Shown here piece after piece: positions 40,748 to 49,269 of a stretch of 64,000 nt of DNA (its first letter is position 1; each line of letters starts with the position of its first letter). Origin of the DNA: Synechococcus sp. Lanier (GTDB lineage Bacteria; Cyanobacteriota; Cyanobacteriia; PCC-6307; Cyanobiaceae); contig MWMJ01000001.1 in the NCBI GenBank assembly GCA_002151525.1, positions 48,383 to 112,382 of the forward strand, read 5' to 3'. Position numbers and translations under genes: made by a program. The notes below the pieces were generated by a model, which was not told the origin of the DNA, ran no database searches, and saw nothing but the letters and a program-made list of their open reading frames with translations.

Positions 40748-41293
40748 GTGATATTGCTAATAGCCGCAGGCGATGGGTTTAGTGGTTGGGCAAGCCTCAA
40801 CGACACAGTTATGGGCGGCCGCAGCAGTGGTGCTTGCAGTGTTGGCAGTGATGGTTTGCTAATGCAAGCCGAGGTGGTGGCTGAGGGCGGTGGCTTTGTT
40901 AGCTGCCGCTCCCCCCGCTGGAACCCACCGCTAGATTTATCGACAGCTGGGGCGATTCAGCTTGTGCTTCAGGGGGATGGTCGCCGCTATAAATTTGCCG
41001 TTGCCACTTCTGATCTGGCCGGAAAATTGGCAGATCTTGTTCCTGGAGGATTGCGCTGGGTTCGCGACTTTGATACCCAACCAACTGGAACTACAACTGT
41101 TCGAATACCCTTTGCCGATTTGCTACCAACGCTGCGGGCAAATCCCGTTTCAATACCGCTTCGGTTTGATCCCAGCCGCGTTGTTCAAATGCAAATTCTG
41201 CATTCGCGTTTTGCAGAGGATGGTTCTGAAAATATTGGCTTTCAACCAGGGCCTTTGCGGCTTTTAGTTCAGAAGCTAGAAGCTGTTCCTTAA
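40748..41293 (+). CDS. CIA30/NDUFAF1-like carbohydrate-binding-fold protein
   Basis: W--LNDTVMGGRSSG, GGGFVSCRS, GDGRRYK. Start placed just after the pgl stop (approximate). Confidence 0.82.
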   Translation: MILLIAAGDGFSGWASLNDTVMGGRSSGACSVGSDGLLMQAEVVAEGGGFVSCRSPRWNPPLDLSTAGAIQLVLQGDGRRYKFAVATSDLAGKLADLVPGGLRWVRDFDTQPTGTTTVRIPFADLLPTLRANPVSIPLRFDPSRVVQMQILHSRFAEDGSENIGFQPGPLRLLVQKLEAVP

Positions 41294-41691
41294 TGGCAAC
41301 AACTTGGCTACCGGCTGAGGGGCAATTGCTGGAGCAGGCGGAACTTCTGCAAAGCATATGTAAGTGTGCCGACCACTCAAAACCTGAATTAAGGCATGCA
41401 GCAATTTTGCTTGAAGCTGCTGTTGATAGTTGGGTTGTGCGCCTTGAAGCACGGGATTGTGCTGGTTTAAGGCGAGAACAAGATGATCTCGAACTTGAAA
41501 TATACGGTTCAGCTAAAGACCCATCACTGCAAATTGGCTGGCTTCAGCAACAAAATCAACCCCTTCTATGGCTCGGTCGCCATCCAGTATGGATGGATCC
41601 AAATACGGGCCTGCGTCAGGAGAGACCGGCGGCAGGCACGGATTTGGAAACCTTGGCTAGACGCTTGCGCAGCCTCTTAATTCAGGGTTGA
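41293..41691 (+). CDS. Hypothetical protein
   Basis: TAATG-coupled to the CIA30-like gene; 132 aa; LELEIY and [12 protein letters not shown] segments. Confidence 0.7.
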   Translation: MATTWLPAEGQLLEQAELLQSICKCADHSKPELRHAAILLEAAVDSWVVRLEARDCAGLRREQDDLELEIYGSAKDPSLQIGWLQQQNQPLLWLGRHPVWMDPNTGLRQERPAAGTDLETLARRLRSLLIQG

Positions 41692-43358
41692 TCAGTAACA
41701 GCACCCTTGCTGCTGCAACTTACCTGCCTGGCGTACTTTCCTAATACACCAGTGCTATAGGGGGGCTTTGGGGCGCGCCAAGTTGCCCTGCGTTGTTCTA
41801 ATTCTGCATCGTTTACGTTCAACTGAACCAATAATTTGTGGGCATCAACTGTGATGCTGTCGCCTTCATGTACCAAAGCAATCGTGCCACCCACGGCTGC
41901 TTCCGGTGCCACATGGCCAACCACCATTCCATAGGTTCCACCTGAGAAACGGCCATCGGTAATAAGCGCAACCTGATCACCCAAGCCCTGGCCAATAATT
42001 GCCGAGGTAGGCGAAAGCATCTCACGCATGCCAGGTCCACCTACGGGTCCCTCATAACGAATGACCAAAACATCACCGGGAAGGATTGAGCCAGAAAGAA
42101 TTGCCGCAAGGCAATCCTCCTCACATTCAAAAACACGGGCAGGTCCGGTGAGGCAGGGATTCCTCACGCCTGAAATTTTTGCAACACTGCCCTCACTAGC
42201 AAGATTTCCTTTTAAAACTGCTAAGTGGCCCTTTTTATATATTGGATTTGATAATGGTCTAATTACATCTTGATTTGTTGGTGGTAGCGCTGGGATATCA
42301 GCCAAAACATCATTCAATGTTTTACCTTCAATGGTGCGGCATTCACCGTGCAATAAACCCGCATCCAATAACAACTTCATCACTTGGGGTATCCCTCCAG
42401 CCGCATGAAGGTCGGTGGTAACAAAACGGCCACTCGGCTTTAGATCACAAATAACGGGGACCTTTTGACGGATGCTTTCAAAGTCATCAATGCAAAGGGG
42501 AACTCCGGCAGTGCGCGCAATAGCCAATAAATGTAAAACTGCATTTGTTGATCCACCAATGGCCATAATCACGCTGATGGCATTTTCAAATGCCTCACGG
42601 GTAAGTAGATCTCTTGGTCGAATATTCTGCTCAATAGCTGCAACTAATACCTCGGCTGAACGAGAGGCACTATCGGCCTTTTCCTGGTCCTCAGCCGCCA
42701 TGGTGGAACTTCCAGGCAAACTCAAGCCCATCGCTTCTATGGCAGAACTCATTGTGTTGGCAGTAAACATTCCGCCGCAACTACCTGCTCCAGGACAAGC
42801 GTTCTTTTCAACAGCAAGCAGCTGAGCCTCGTCAATTTTAGCTGCTGTGAATTGACCAACAGCCTCAAAAGCACTCACCACTGTTAGATCGCAGCCACCA
42901 AGCTTGCCTGGTTTTATAGTTCCGCCATAGATAAATATTGCAGGTATATTCATTCTTGCCATGGCAATCATGGCGCCAGGCATGTTTTTATCGCAACCAC
43001 CAACGGCAATAACACCATCCATCGATTGGCCATTGCATGCTGTTTCAATTGCATCGGCTATCACCTCCCTTGAAACCAGGGAATATTTCATTCCCTCGGT
43101 TCCCATCGAAATACCATCACTCACGGTTATGGTGCCAAACATCTGCGGCATAGCCCCAGCCAAGAAGGCAGACTGCTCCGCGCGTTTAGCAAGATCATTC
43201 AAACCGATATTGCACGGCGTAATCGTGCTGTAGCCATTTGCAATACCAACAATTGGCTTATTGAAATCTTCATCACTAAATCCAACCGCCCTAAGCATTG
43301 CCCGATTTGGGCTTCGTTGTACGCCTTGGGTGATCGCAGCGGAGCGGAATTTTTCCAT
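41682..43358 (-). CDS. ilvD: Dihydroxy-acid dehydratase
   Basis: [62 protein letters not shown]. Confidence 0.98.
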   Translation of the reverse strand: MEKFRSAAITQGVQRSPNRAMLRAVGFSDEDFNKPIVGIANGYSTITPCNIGLNDLAKRAEQSAFLAGAMPQMFGTITVSDGISMGTEGMKYSLVSREVIADAIETACNGQSMDGVIAVGGCDKNMPGAMIAMARMNIPAIFIYGGTIKPGKLGGCDLTVVSAFEAVGQFTAAKIDEAQLLAVEKNACPGAGSCGGMFTANTMSSAIEAMGLSLPGSSTMAAEDQEKADSASRSAEVLVAAIEQNIRPRDLLTREAFENAISVIMAIGGSTNAVLHLLAIARTAGVPLCIDDFESIRQKVPVICDLKPSGRFVTTDLHAAGGIPQVMKLLLDAGLLHGECRTIEGKTLNDVLADIPALPPTNQDVIRPLSNPIYKKGHLAVLKGNLASEGSVAKISGVRNPCLTGPARVFECEEDCLAAILSGSILPGDVLVIRYEGPVGGPGMREMLSPTSAIIGQGLGDQVALITDGRFSGGTYGMVVGHVAPEAAVGGTIALVHEGDSITVDAHKLLVQLNVNDAELEQRRATWRAPKPPYSTGVLGKYARQVSCSSKGAVTDQP

Positions 43359-43388
43359 GGCAGCGGTGGGAGCTCTAAACAGATCCTC

Positions 43389-43673
43389 TCAGTTCCCAGG
43401 TTCGGGGCTGAGATCCTCAAGTTGGCGGCGCACCTCATCGATGGCGATGTTCAATCTTTGAACCCTCTCCTCGAGGCTCTCAGGCACTGCTGAAACCGAA
43501 GCAGCTCCAGGCGCCAGGCTGTTCAATTTGCTCAGACGCCTCATTTGATCGCCAAGGGCCTGCCTGCGATCAGCCCTGGAGAGCAACCACCAGGTGAGGC
43601 CAGCCGCCCCTAGGGCTGCACCCGTAACAGCGCTAAGAAAAAGTGAGCCTGAACCGCTGGGCTGGTCGGCCAT
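43389..43673 (-). CDS. Small membrane-anchored coiled-coil hypothetical protein
   Basis: Gly/Ala-rich TM (AVTGAALGAAGL) and C-terminal SLEERVQRLNIAIDEVRRQLE coiled coil. Lies between upp and ilvD. Confidence 0.75.
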   Translation of the reverse strand: MADQPSGSGSLFLSAVTGAALGAAGLTWWLLSRADRRQALGDQMRRLSKLNSLAPGAASVSAVPESLEERVQRLNIAIDEVRRQLEDLSPEPGN

Positions 43674-43693
43674 AAATGGGCCAAAAACTAAAT

Positions 43694-44344
43694 TTAGCCT
43701 AGGAAATCATCCGTAGCGGTGCCATAAAGCCTGTGGTTGGCATTGCCCAGCCCAGGCACTACGCAATTGTTGTCGTCTAATTCTGCGTCAATGCAGGCGG
43801 TATAAATGCTCAGGCTTGGGAACTGTTCTGCCAACCGCCTCAGTCCTGGAGCTGCTGCTACAGCGCAAATAGCCCTCACTTGTTCGCCTCGAACCGATTT
43901 TTCATCCAGGGCGCTGAGCACTTTGATCAAATTTGATCCGCTGGCGAGAACTGCATCAAAAACAACTACGCCAACCCTTTCACCTATTCGGGTCGGCAGG
44001 CAATTGAGAAAGGTGCTGCCTTGATCACTAAAACCCAAATGGGAAACCCTGGCATTGGGTAAAACCTCTTGGCCTCCCGCCCAGAGCCCCAAACCGGTAG
44101 TAAGCAATGGAACAACCAAAAGTGCCGCGGTGGGATCAATCACAAAACCATCACAAATTGAATGGGGGGTTTCAACCTGAACGGCCTGCTGGGGAAGCCA
44201 ATCACGAATCGCCTCGTAACTGAGCCAGCGACCCAATTCCTTCATGGCGGAGGCAAATAAGGGCGGAGGTGTGTTTTTGTCGCGCAAAACGGTGAGCCAA
44301 TGGGCTACCAGCGGATGGGGAGGAACGATCACCCGCAAAGACAT
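43694..44344 (-). CDS. upp: Uracil phosphoribosyltransferase (divergent)
   Basis: LRVIVPPHPLVAHWLTVLRD, ELGRWL-YEA-RDWLP, FDAVLASG, ACID, VPGLG. ATG at 44344. Confidence 0.88.
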   Translation of the reverse strand: MSLRVIVPPHPLVAHWLTVLRDKNTPPPLFASAMKELGRWLSYEAIRDWLPQQAVQVETPHSICDGFVIDPTAALLVVPLLTTGLGLWAGGQEVLPNARVSHLGFSDQGSTFLNCLPTRIGERVGVVVFDAVLASGSNLIKVLSALDEKSVRGEQVRAICAVAAAPGLRRLAEQFPSLSIYTACIDAELDDNNCVVPGLGNANHRLYGTATDDFLG

Positions 44345-44384
44345 GCAGCTGGCATAATTTGGATGGATCAGCTTAGGAGTTGCC

Positions 44385-44918
44385 ATGGCGCCGGTCCAAA
44401 AAAAAAGATCAGTGGTTGATCGTTTTAAGGCTCTAACTGCAATTGTTTTTTTATTGGCGGCGCTGTTGCTTTTTGGCCAACCGCAGAGCACTTTTGCCAT
44501 AACGGCGCCTGAATTACGTGGAGCCAAATCACTCCAGGATCTAAGCCCAAATATGCACGGCAAAGATCTTCAACAAAAAGAATTCCTAAAAGCGGATTTA
44601 AAAGGTTTTGATTTTTCTGCCGCAGACCTACGCGGAGCGGTTTTTAATGGCAGCCAGCTGCAGGGCAGCAATCTTCAAGGGGCCGACATGCGCGATGTTG
44701 TTGGTTTCGCCAGTGGATTTCAAGGGGCTGATTTGAGTCAGGCTCGCCTTGACCGCAGCATGTTGCTGCAGAGTCATTTCCGCGACGCCCGCATCGATGG
44801 AGCTGATTTCTCTGAGGCAGTGCTCGACCAACCCGAAATTAAGGCACTTTGTGCCAGGGCTGAAGGCGTAAATCAACTATCTGGAGTTAGCACCGCAGAA
44901 AGCCTTGGCTGCGGCTGA
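44385..44918 (+). CDS. Pentapeptide repeat protein with signal peptide
   Basis: Repeated A(D/N)LXX units (ADLKG, ADLRG, SNLQG, ADFSE) and a terminal LC-RA-G-N--G-ST-ESLGC segment. Confidence 0.9.
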   Translation: MAPVQKKRSVVDRFKALTAIVFLLAALLLFGQPQSTFAITAPELRGAKSLQDLSPNMHGKDLQQKEFLKADLKGFDFSAADLRGAVFNGSQLQGSNLQGADMRDVVGFASGFQGADLSQARLDRSMLLQSHFRDARIDGADFSEAVLDQPEIKALCARAEGVNQLSGVSTAESLGCG

Positions 44919-44940
44919 AATAGCGGTGATAAGGTTGTGC

Positions 44941-45090
44941 ATCGGTTCCCAGGTGATCAGGCCTGGGAGGTAACGGGGAAAGTCCGGTGAGAATCTGGCG
45001 CTGTCCCGCAGCTGTAATAGGTTTAGCCAGTGGCTTGCCTTGAGTCAGAACGCCCGCCGAATTCACCCTCATCCCCGGCGCGGACCGGCT
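44941..45090 (+). ncRNA. Cobalamin riboswitch (compact form) with downstream kissing-loop hairpin
   Basis: Core AACGGGGAAAGTCCGGTGAGAATCTGGCGCTGTCCCGCAGCTGTAA and B12-box GAGTCAGAACGCCCGCCGA. Extended -10 TGA-TAAGGT at 44927-44935. Upstream of a HupE/UreJ gene and cobW. Confidence 0.92.
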
Positions 45091-45096
45091 TCTTGG

Positions 45097-45723
45097 ATGT
45101 TCAAATCTTTTTCTCCTAAGGCTTCACCGGCCATCTTTTTCAGCGTTCTTGTTTTGATTTTTGGTATGGGCACTCCGGTGTTCGCCCATCACCTAATGGG
45201 ATTTTTTCACATGGAGCCAAGCCCAGCTTCAGGTTTGCTGAGCGGACTGTTGCACCCGGCCCTTGGACCAGACCATCTACTCTTCCTGCTCGCCCTTGGC
45301 ATCGTTAGCCTGGGCCAAGAGCTTCGTTTTCGCTGGGTACTTGCCCTTCTAGCTATTGGTTTAGCTGGGTCGCTTACTGGTTTGGCACTACCAAACAGCT
45401 TGCCTTGGGCTGAAGCGTGGATTGGTCTATCACTGCTTTTGGAAGCCCTTGTTTTGCTTAATCGCTTACCAAAACTTCTGCTGATTCCTGCATTTGCCTT
45501 TCACGGCTATGTGCTTAGCGCTTCGGTTCTGGGTTGGGAGCCAACACCAGTTTTCTTCTATCTAATCGGCTTATTAATTTCCCAGGGACTACTGCTTTGG
45601 GTAGCTTTAAAAGTTGTGAGAAATTCATGGGCTCAATGGGGATCAACTGGCAAACTGAAAATTGTTAGTGGAATGCTTGCTGGTATTGGCATTAGCTTGG
45701 CCTGGTCTAACTTGATTCCTTAG
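45097..45723 (+). CDS. hupE: HupE/UreJ family metal (probably cobalt) transporter
   Basis: Signal peptide ending VFA-HH, SGLLHPALGPDHLLFLL, FHG motifs, multiple TM helices; under a B12 riboswitch. Confidence 0.88.
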   Translation: MFKSFSPKASPAIFFSVLVLIFGMGTPVFAHHLMGFFHMEPSPASGLLSGLLHPALGPDHLLFLLALGIVSLGQELRFRWVLALLAIGLAGSLTGLALPNSLPWAEAWIGLSLLLEALVLLNRLPKLLLIPAFAFHGYVLSASVLGWEPTPVFFYLIGLLISQGLLLWVALKVVRNSWAQWGSTGKLKIVSGMLAGIGISLAWSNLIP

Positions 45724-45725
45724 TA

Positions 45726-46760
45726 ATGGCAATGGGAAATAATCGTATACCGGTTACAGTGGTTACCGGTTTTCTTGGCGCTGGTAAAACCACATTACTA
45801 AGACATTTATTGAAGCAAACAACGCAAAGATTAGCAGTTATTGTAAATGAATTTGGTGAGGCTGGAATTGATGCTGCATTAATTAAAAATTGTATTGATT
45901 GCCCAGATGGGGCTGGCTTAATTGTTGAACTCGCCAATGGATGCTTATGTTGCACGGTTCAAGATGATTTTCTGCCCACAATTGATAAATTGCTAGCCCA
46001 ACCTCAGGCCTTAGATGGAATTATTATTGAAACAAGTGGTTTAGCCCTTCCAGAACCGTTATTGCAAGCCTTTCAATGGCCTCAAATCAAACATCGAACC
46101 ATCGTGCATGGTGTTATTACCGTTGTTGATGGTGAAGCCCTTGCAACTGGCTCGGTAGTTTGTAAACCAGAAGAGCTTGAAAAGCAGAGGTTTGAAGATC
46201 TAAGCATCAATCACCTTGATGCAATTGAGGAGCTGTTTAGAGAACAGTTAGAACAGGCTGATCTTGTGTTGATCTCAAGGGCCGACCTACTTAAACCTGA
46301 TCAACTAGAAGTTGCCAGGAATTTCCTGAATGAGCAATTAAGAATGTTGCAAATCCAGAATAGGCCGCAATGTATTGCCATCGCTAATGGAGAGATTTCA
46401 GCGGATTTACTGCTTGGTATCAAGCACACCAATGGGTTAAACGAGGCAGAAGAGGAGCACACCCACAGCCATCCTGAACTTAATGCCGCCGCCCTAAGCC
46501 TGCAGGGAGAATGGCACAAGGATGGTTTAGCTGAAATGATCCTTGCAAATGTTATAAAACCGATGGATCTCTATCGCCTTAAAGGACGCATACCAATAAA
46601 GGGGAAAGAACTTCCTTTGCAGGTGCAAGCTGTTGGTAGCCGACTAAATTTATGGTTTGAAGCCGATGGATTAGATAGCGATCGATTGGAACTAGTGCTG
46701 ATTGGCTCCAAACCAGATGCGAAGAGATTAGAACTTCACCTGGATGCATTTAAGTGCTAG
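45726..46760 (+). CDS. cobW: CobW / COG0523 metallochaperone GTPase
   Basis: IPVTVVTGFLGAGKTT, IVNEFG, ELANGCLCCTVQDDF, ETSGLALP-PL--AF-WP. Confidence 0.92.
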   Translation: MAMGNNRIPVTVVTGFLGAGKTTLLRHLLKQTTQRLAVIVNEFGEAGIDAALIKNCIDCPDGAGLIVELANGCLCCTVQDDFLPTIDKLLAQPQALDGIIIETSGLALPEPLLQAFQWPQIKHRTIVHGVITVVDGEALATGSVVCKPEELEKQRFEDLSINHLDAIEELFREQLEQADLVLISRADLLKPDQLEVARNFLNEQLRMLQIQNRPQCIAIANGEISADLLLGIKHTNGLNEAEEEHTHSHPELNAAALSLQGEWHKDGLAEMILANVIKPMDLYRLKGRIPIKGKELPLQVQAVGSRLNLWFEADGLDSDRLELVLIGSKPDAKRLELHLDAFKC

Positions 46761-47077
46761 TCGAGTGGTAGAGGACCTTTAGTGCAAACAGGCCCCCAAC
46801 AAAGCGCACCAGCCTCTTCCCAACGGGGTTGAGCACTTTTCCATGAGCCCTTGCCTTGACGCAATTGAACCGTTCCTGTTCCGTTGTGTTTGATGCTCCA
46901 TCTTTCGCTGCCAATATTTAGCTGCCATCTACTGCCAGGTTCAATCACAGCTACGGAACAAGAACTCCATATTTTGGTTCCAACTCGGCACTCAGTGGCA
47001 ATCACAAGCGACTCTGCCTCAACCATATTGGCTGAGCTAAGTAGAAGCATTAGCAGCAGGGGCCGCACCGGTCCCAT
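46757..47077 (-). CDS. Small secreted hypothetical protein
   Basis: Signal-peptide-like N-terminus (ATG 47077), four Cys, Trp-rich beta-type sequence. Confidence 0.65.
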   Translation of the reverse strand: MGPVRPLLLMLLLSSANMVEAESLVIATECRVGTKIWSSCSVAVIEPGSRWQLNIGSERWSIKHNGTGTVQLRQGKGSWKSAQPRWEEAGALCWGPVCTKGPLPLD

Positions 47078-47167
47078 AGTCTCAACACTGAGATCAATTT
47101 CACCATGGCAATTTTTCGAGCTTTTGGCAGCCAATGCTGTCAAGATCGAAATACTTGCTTTAGCTAA

Positions 47168-47425
47168 GTGGCCCGTTTTCTAGCTCGAGTGCAGGTGCAG
47201 CTCAGACCATCGGTATTGGATCCAGCTGGGGAGGCCACCAGGGCTGCCGCCCAAAGGCTAGGAGTGGCTGGTGTGAGGCAACTACGAATTGGAAAATTGG
47301 TGGAAATGGAGCTGGAAGCAGCCACTATCGAAGCAGCCCGTTCTGAGGTTGAACTGCTTAGTGATCGCCTCTTGGCTAATCCTGTAACCGAAAATTGGAC
47401 GCTTGCTTTGGAGCGGTGCGAATGA
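47168..47425 (+). CDS. purS: Phosphoribosylformylglycinamidine synthase subunit PurS
   Basis: [29 protein letters not shown]. Confidence 0.95.
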   Translation: MARFLARVQVQLRPSVLDPAGEATRAAAQRLGVAGVRQLRIGKLVEMELEAATIEAARSEVELLSDRLLANPVTENWTLALERCE

Positions 47426-48075
47426 CCGTAGGCATAGTTGTTTTCCCAGGTTCAAACTGCGATCGAGACCTGGCTTGGGCCCTTGAAGGCATTTTGGAGA
47501 TCCCCTGTAAGTTCCTTTGGCATGCCAATAAAGATTTGGAGGGAGCAAAAGCAATTGTGCTTCCTGGGGGATTTAGCTATGGCGATTACCTCCGCTGTGG
47601 AGCTTTAGCCCGTTTTGCGCCGTTATTGGAGGAGGTAAGAAAATTTGCTGAAGCGGGTGGTCCAGTGCTGGGTATTTGTAATGGCTTCCAAATTCTTACC
47701 GAGATGGGTTTATTGCCTGGCGCTCTAACCAGAAACCGAGATCTGCACTTTATTTGTGAGCCATGCAATTTAATAATTGGGCAAGGCAGATCTAAGTTTA
47801 TTGCTGATTATCAACCAAACGAAACAATCAATTTACCAATTGCCCATGGGGAAGGCCGGTATTTCTGCAACTCTGATACACATGAAATGCTAGAGCAGAA
47901 CAACCAAGTTCTGTTGCGCTACCAAGCGAACCCTAATGGTTCTGTTGGTGACATAGCTGGTATTAGTAATAAAGCTGGAAATGTTGTTGGCATGATGCCC
48001 CATCCAGAGAGAGCCTGCGATCCTCAATTGGGTGGCACCGATGGCCAACAACTTCTGCGGGCACTTGTGTGCTAA
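47422..48075 (+). CDS. purQ: Phosphoribosylformylglycinamidine synthase subunit PurQ
   Basis: [52 protein letters not shown] overlap with purS. Confidence 0.97.
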   Translation: MTVGIVVFPGSNCDRDLAWALEGILEIPCKFLWHANKDLEGAKAIVLPGGFSYGDYLRCGALARFAPLLEEVRKFAEAGGPVLGICNGFQILTEMGLLPGALTRNRDLHFICEPCNLIIGQGRSKFIADYQPNETINLPIAHGEGRYFCNSDTHEMLEQNNQVLLRYQANPNGSVGDIAGISNKAGNVVGMMPHPERACDPQLGGTDGQQLLRALVC

Positions 48076-48104
48076 AAAAACCGGACAACTAAAGTTGCCC
48101 GGTT
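48074..48104 (-). terminator. Intrinsic terminator of the peroxiredoxin gene (possibly bidirectional)
   Basis: Minus strand reads AACCGGGCAACT-TT-AGTTGTCCGG followed by T7; lies between convergent purQ and prx. Confidence 0.8.
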
Positions 48105-48123
48105 ATTAGTTTAAAATTAAAGT

Positions 48124-48720
48124 TCAAATGGCAGCAAAAAAGTCTTTACTGCCCACTGGATCAGGATTCATTGTGCGATCACCGGGTGTCCAATTTGCGG
48201 GGCAAACCTGGTCTGGATTAGCTTGAATGTGTTGGAATGCCTGGAGAATCCTAAGGGTTTCCTCTACATTGCGGCCAACACCAAGGTTGTTAATTGTGGC
48301 ATGCTGAACAATTCCAGCATCATCAATTATAAATAATCCACGCACAGCAATACCAGCTTCTTCATCTAAAACGTTGTAAGCGCGAGCAATATCCTTTTTA
48401 AGATCTGCAACTAAAGGATAGGCTAAGTCCCCCAAACCACCCTGTTTACGATCAGTTTGTATCCAGGCCAAATGGCTGAATTGACTGTCTACGGAAACAC
48501 CTAGAACTTCAGTGTTCTTACTGGTGAATTCAGAATAGCGATCGGAAAATGCTGTAATTTCAGTGGGGCATACAAATGTGAAATCTAATGGATAGAAAAA
48601 CAAAACAACATATTTGCCGCGGTATTGCGACAAACTAATTTCTTTAAATTCCTGATCAACCACTGCCGTTGCGGTGAAATCAGGGGCCTGTTGGCCAACT
48701 CTAAGTGTTCCGTTGGTCAT
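48124..48720 (-). CDS. 2-Cys peroxiredoxin (AhpC/Prx1 type)
   Basis: [24 protein letters not shown]. Confidence 0.96.
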   Translation of the reverse strand: MTNGTLRVGQQAPDFTATAVVDQEFKEISLSQYRGKYVVLFFYPLDFTFVCPTEITAFSDRYSEFTSKNTEVLGVSVDSQFSHLAWIQTDRKQGGLGDLAYPLVADLKKDIARAYNVLDEEAGIAVRGLFIIDDAGIVQHATINNLGVGRNVEETLRILQAFQHIQANPDQVCPANWTPGDRTMNPDPVGSKDFFAAI

Positions 48721-48750
48721 GGTTAGTACAAGCAGTTAATGGGAAATCAG

Positions 48751-48793
48751 CTTATACGGATTAAATCCGTATAAGGATAGGAATAACATACCA
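48751..48793 (-). promoter_or_regulatory. Putative prx promoter followed by a perfect 25-bp palindrome
   Basis: Extended -10 TGG-TATGTT (minus strand, 48793-48785). CTTATACGGATT-A-AATCCGTATAAG at 48751-48775. Confidence 0.62.
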
Positions 48794-48846
48794 CTATTTC
48801 GATCCCCCCGTGGGATTAAGCTGCCACGAATAAATCAATTGCTTTT

Positions 48847-49155
48847 ATGGCCTGGGATCCCGCGCTAATGCGCAAATACAACAACACTGGTCACTTTCGC
48901 TTGCTCAATCAATTGCGAAGCGAACTTAAAAACCATCCAATTCAACGGAGCACCAAGGAGGAAGCAGGTGGAGCTAAAGAATCTTCCTTGGGGGGATCCC
49001 AGAGAACAAAGGATATCCGTCCCCAAACCTATCAAGCAAACCGCACAAGGCGCAGTCCCAACTTAAACGAAAGCACCGAAAATAGCGAACACAACAAAGA
49101 GAAAACCACTTCAACAAGCTTCAGAGACAGATTAAATGCAATTGAAATGCGTTGA
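48847..49155 (+). CDS. Hypothetical protein
   Basis: 102-aa ORF divergent from prx, with ordered-looking N- and C-terminal segments around a polar linker. Confidence 0.7.
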   Translation: MAWDPALMRKYNNTGHFRLLNQLRSELKNHPIQRSTKEEAGGAKESSLGGSQRTKDIRPQTYQANRTRRSPNLNESTENSEHNKEKTTSTSFRDRLNAIEMR

Positions 49156-49229
49156 TGGCTCGAGGGAGACTTGAACTCCCGACCCCGGGGTTATGAATCC
49201 CGTGCTCTAACCAGCTGAGCTACCGAGCC
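49156..49229 (-). tRNA. tRNA-Met(CAT), elongator type
   Basis: Reverse complement GGCTCGGTAGCTCAGCTGGTTAGAGCACGGGATTCATAACCCCGGGGTCGGGAGTTCAAGTCTCCCTCGAGCCA folds as a cloverleaf with a G1-C72 pair. CCA is not encoded. Confidence 0.95.
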
Positions 49230-49269
49230 ATGGCAGCCTTAGAGCATAGATGATTGAGAGACCCTTTAA

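Noticed and set aside
44560-44830. Short-period repeats in the DNA
   Set aside because: Explained by pentapeptide-repeat coding; not a CRISPR array or tandem DNA repeat.
49156-49229. A31-C39 mismatch in the anticodon stem, suggesting a pseudo-tRNA, initiator or Ile2 tRNA
   Set aside because: The other arms pair well, G1-C72 excludes an initiator, and the sequence resembles bacterial elongator tRNA-Met.
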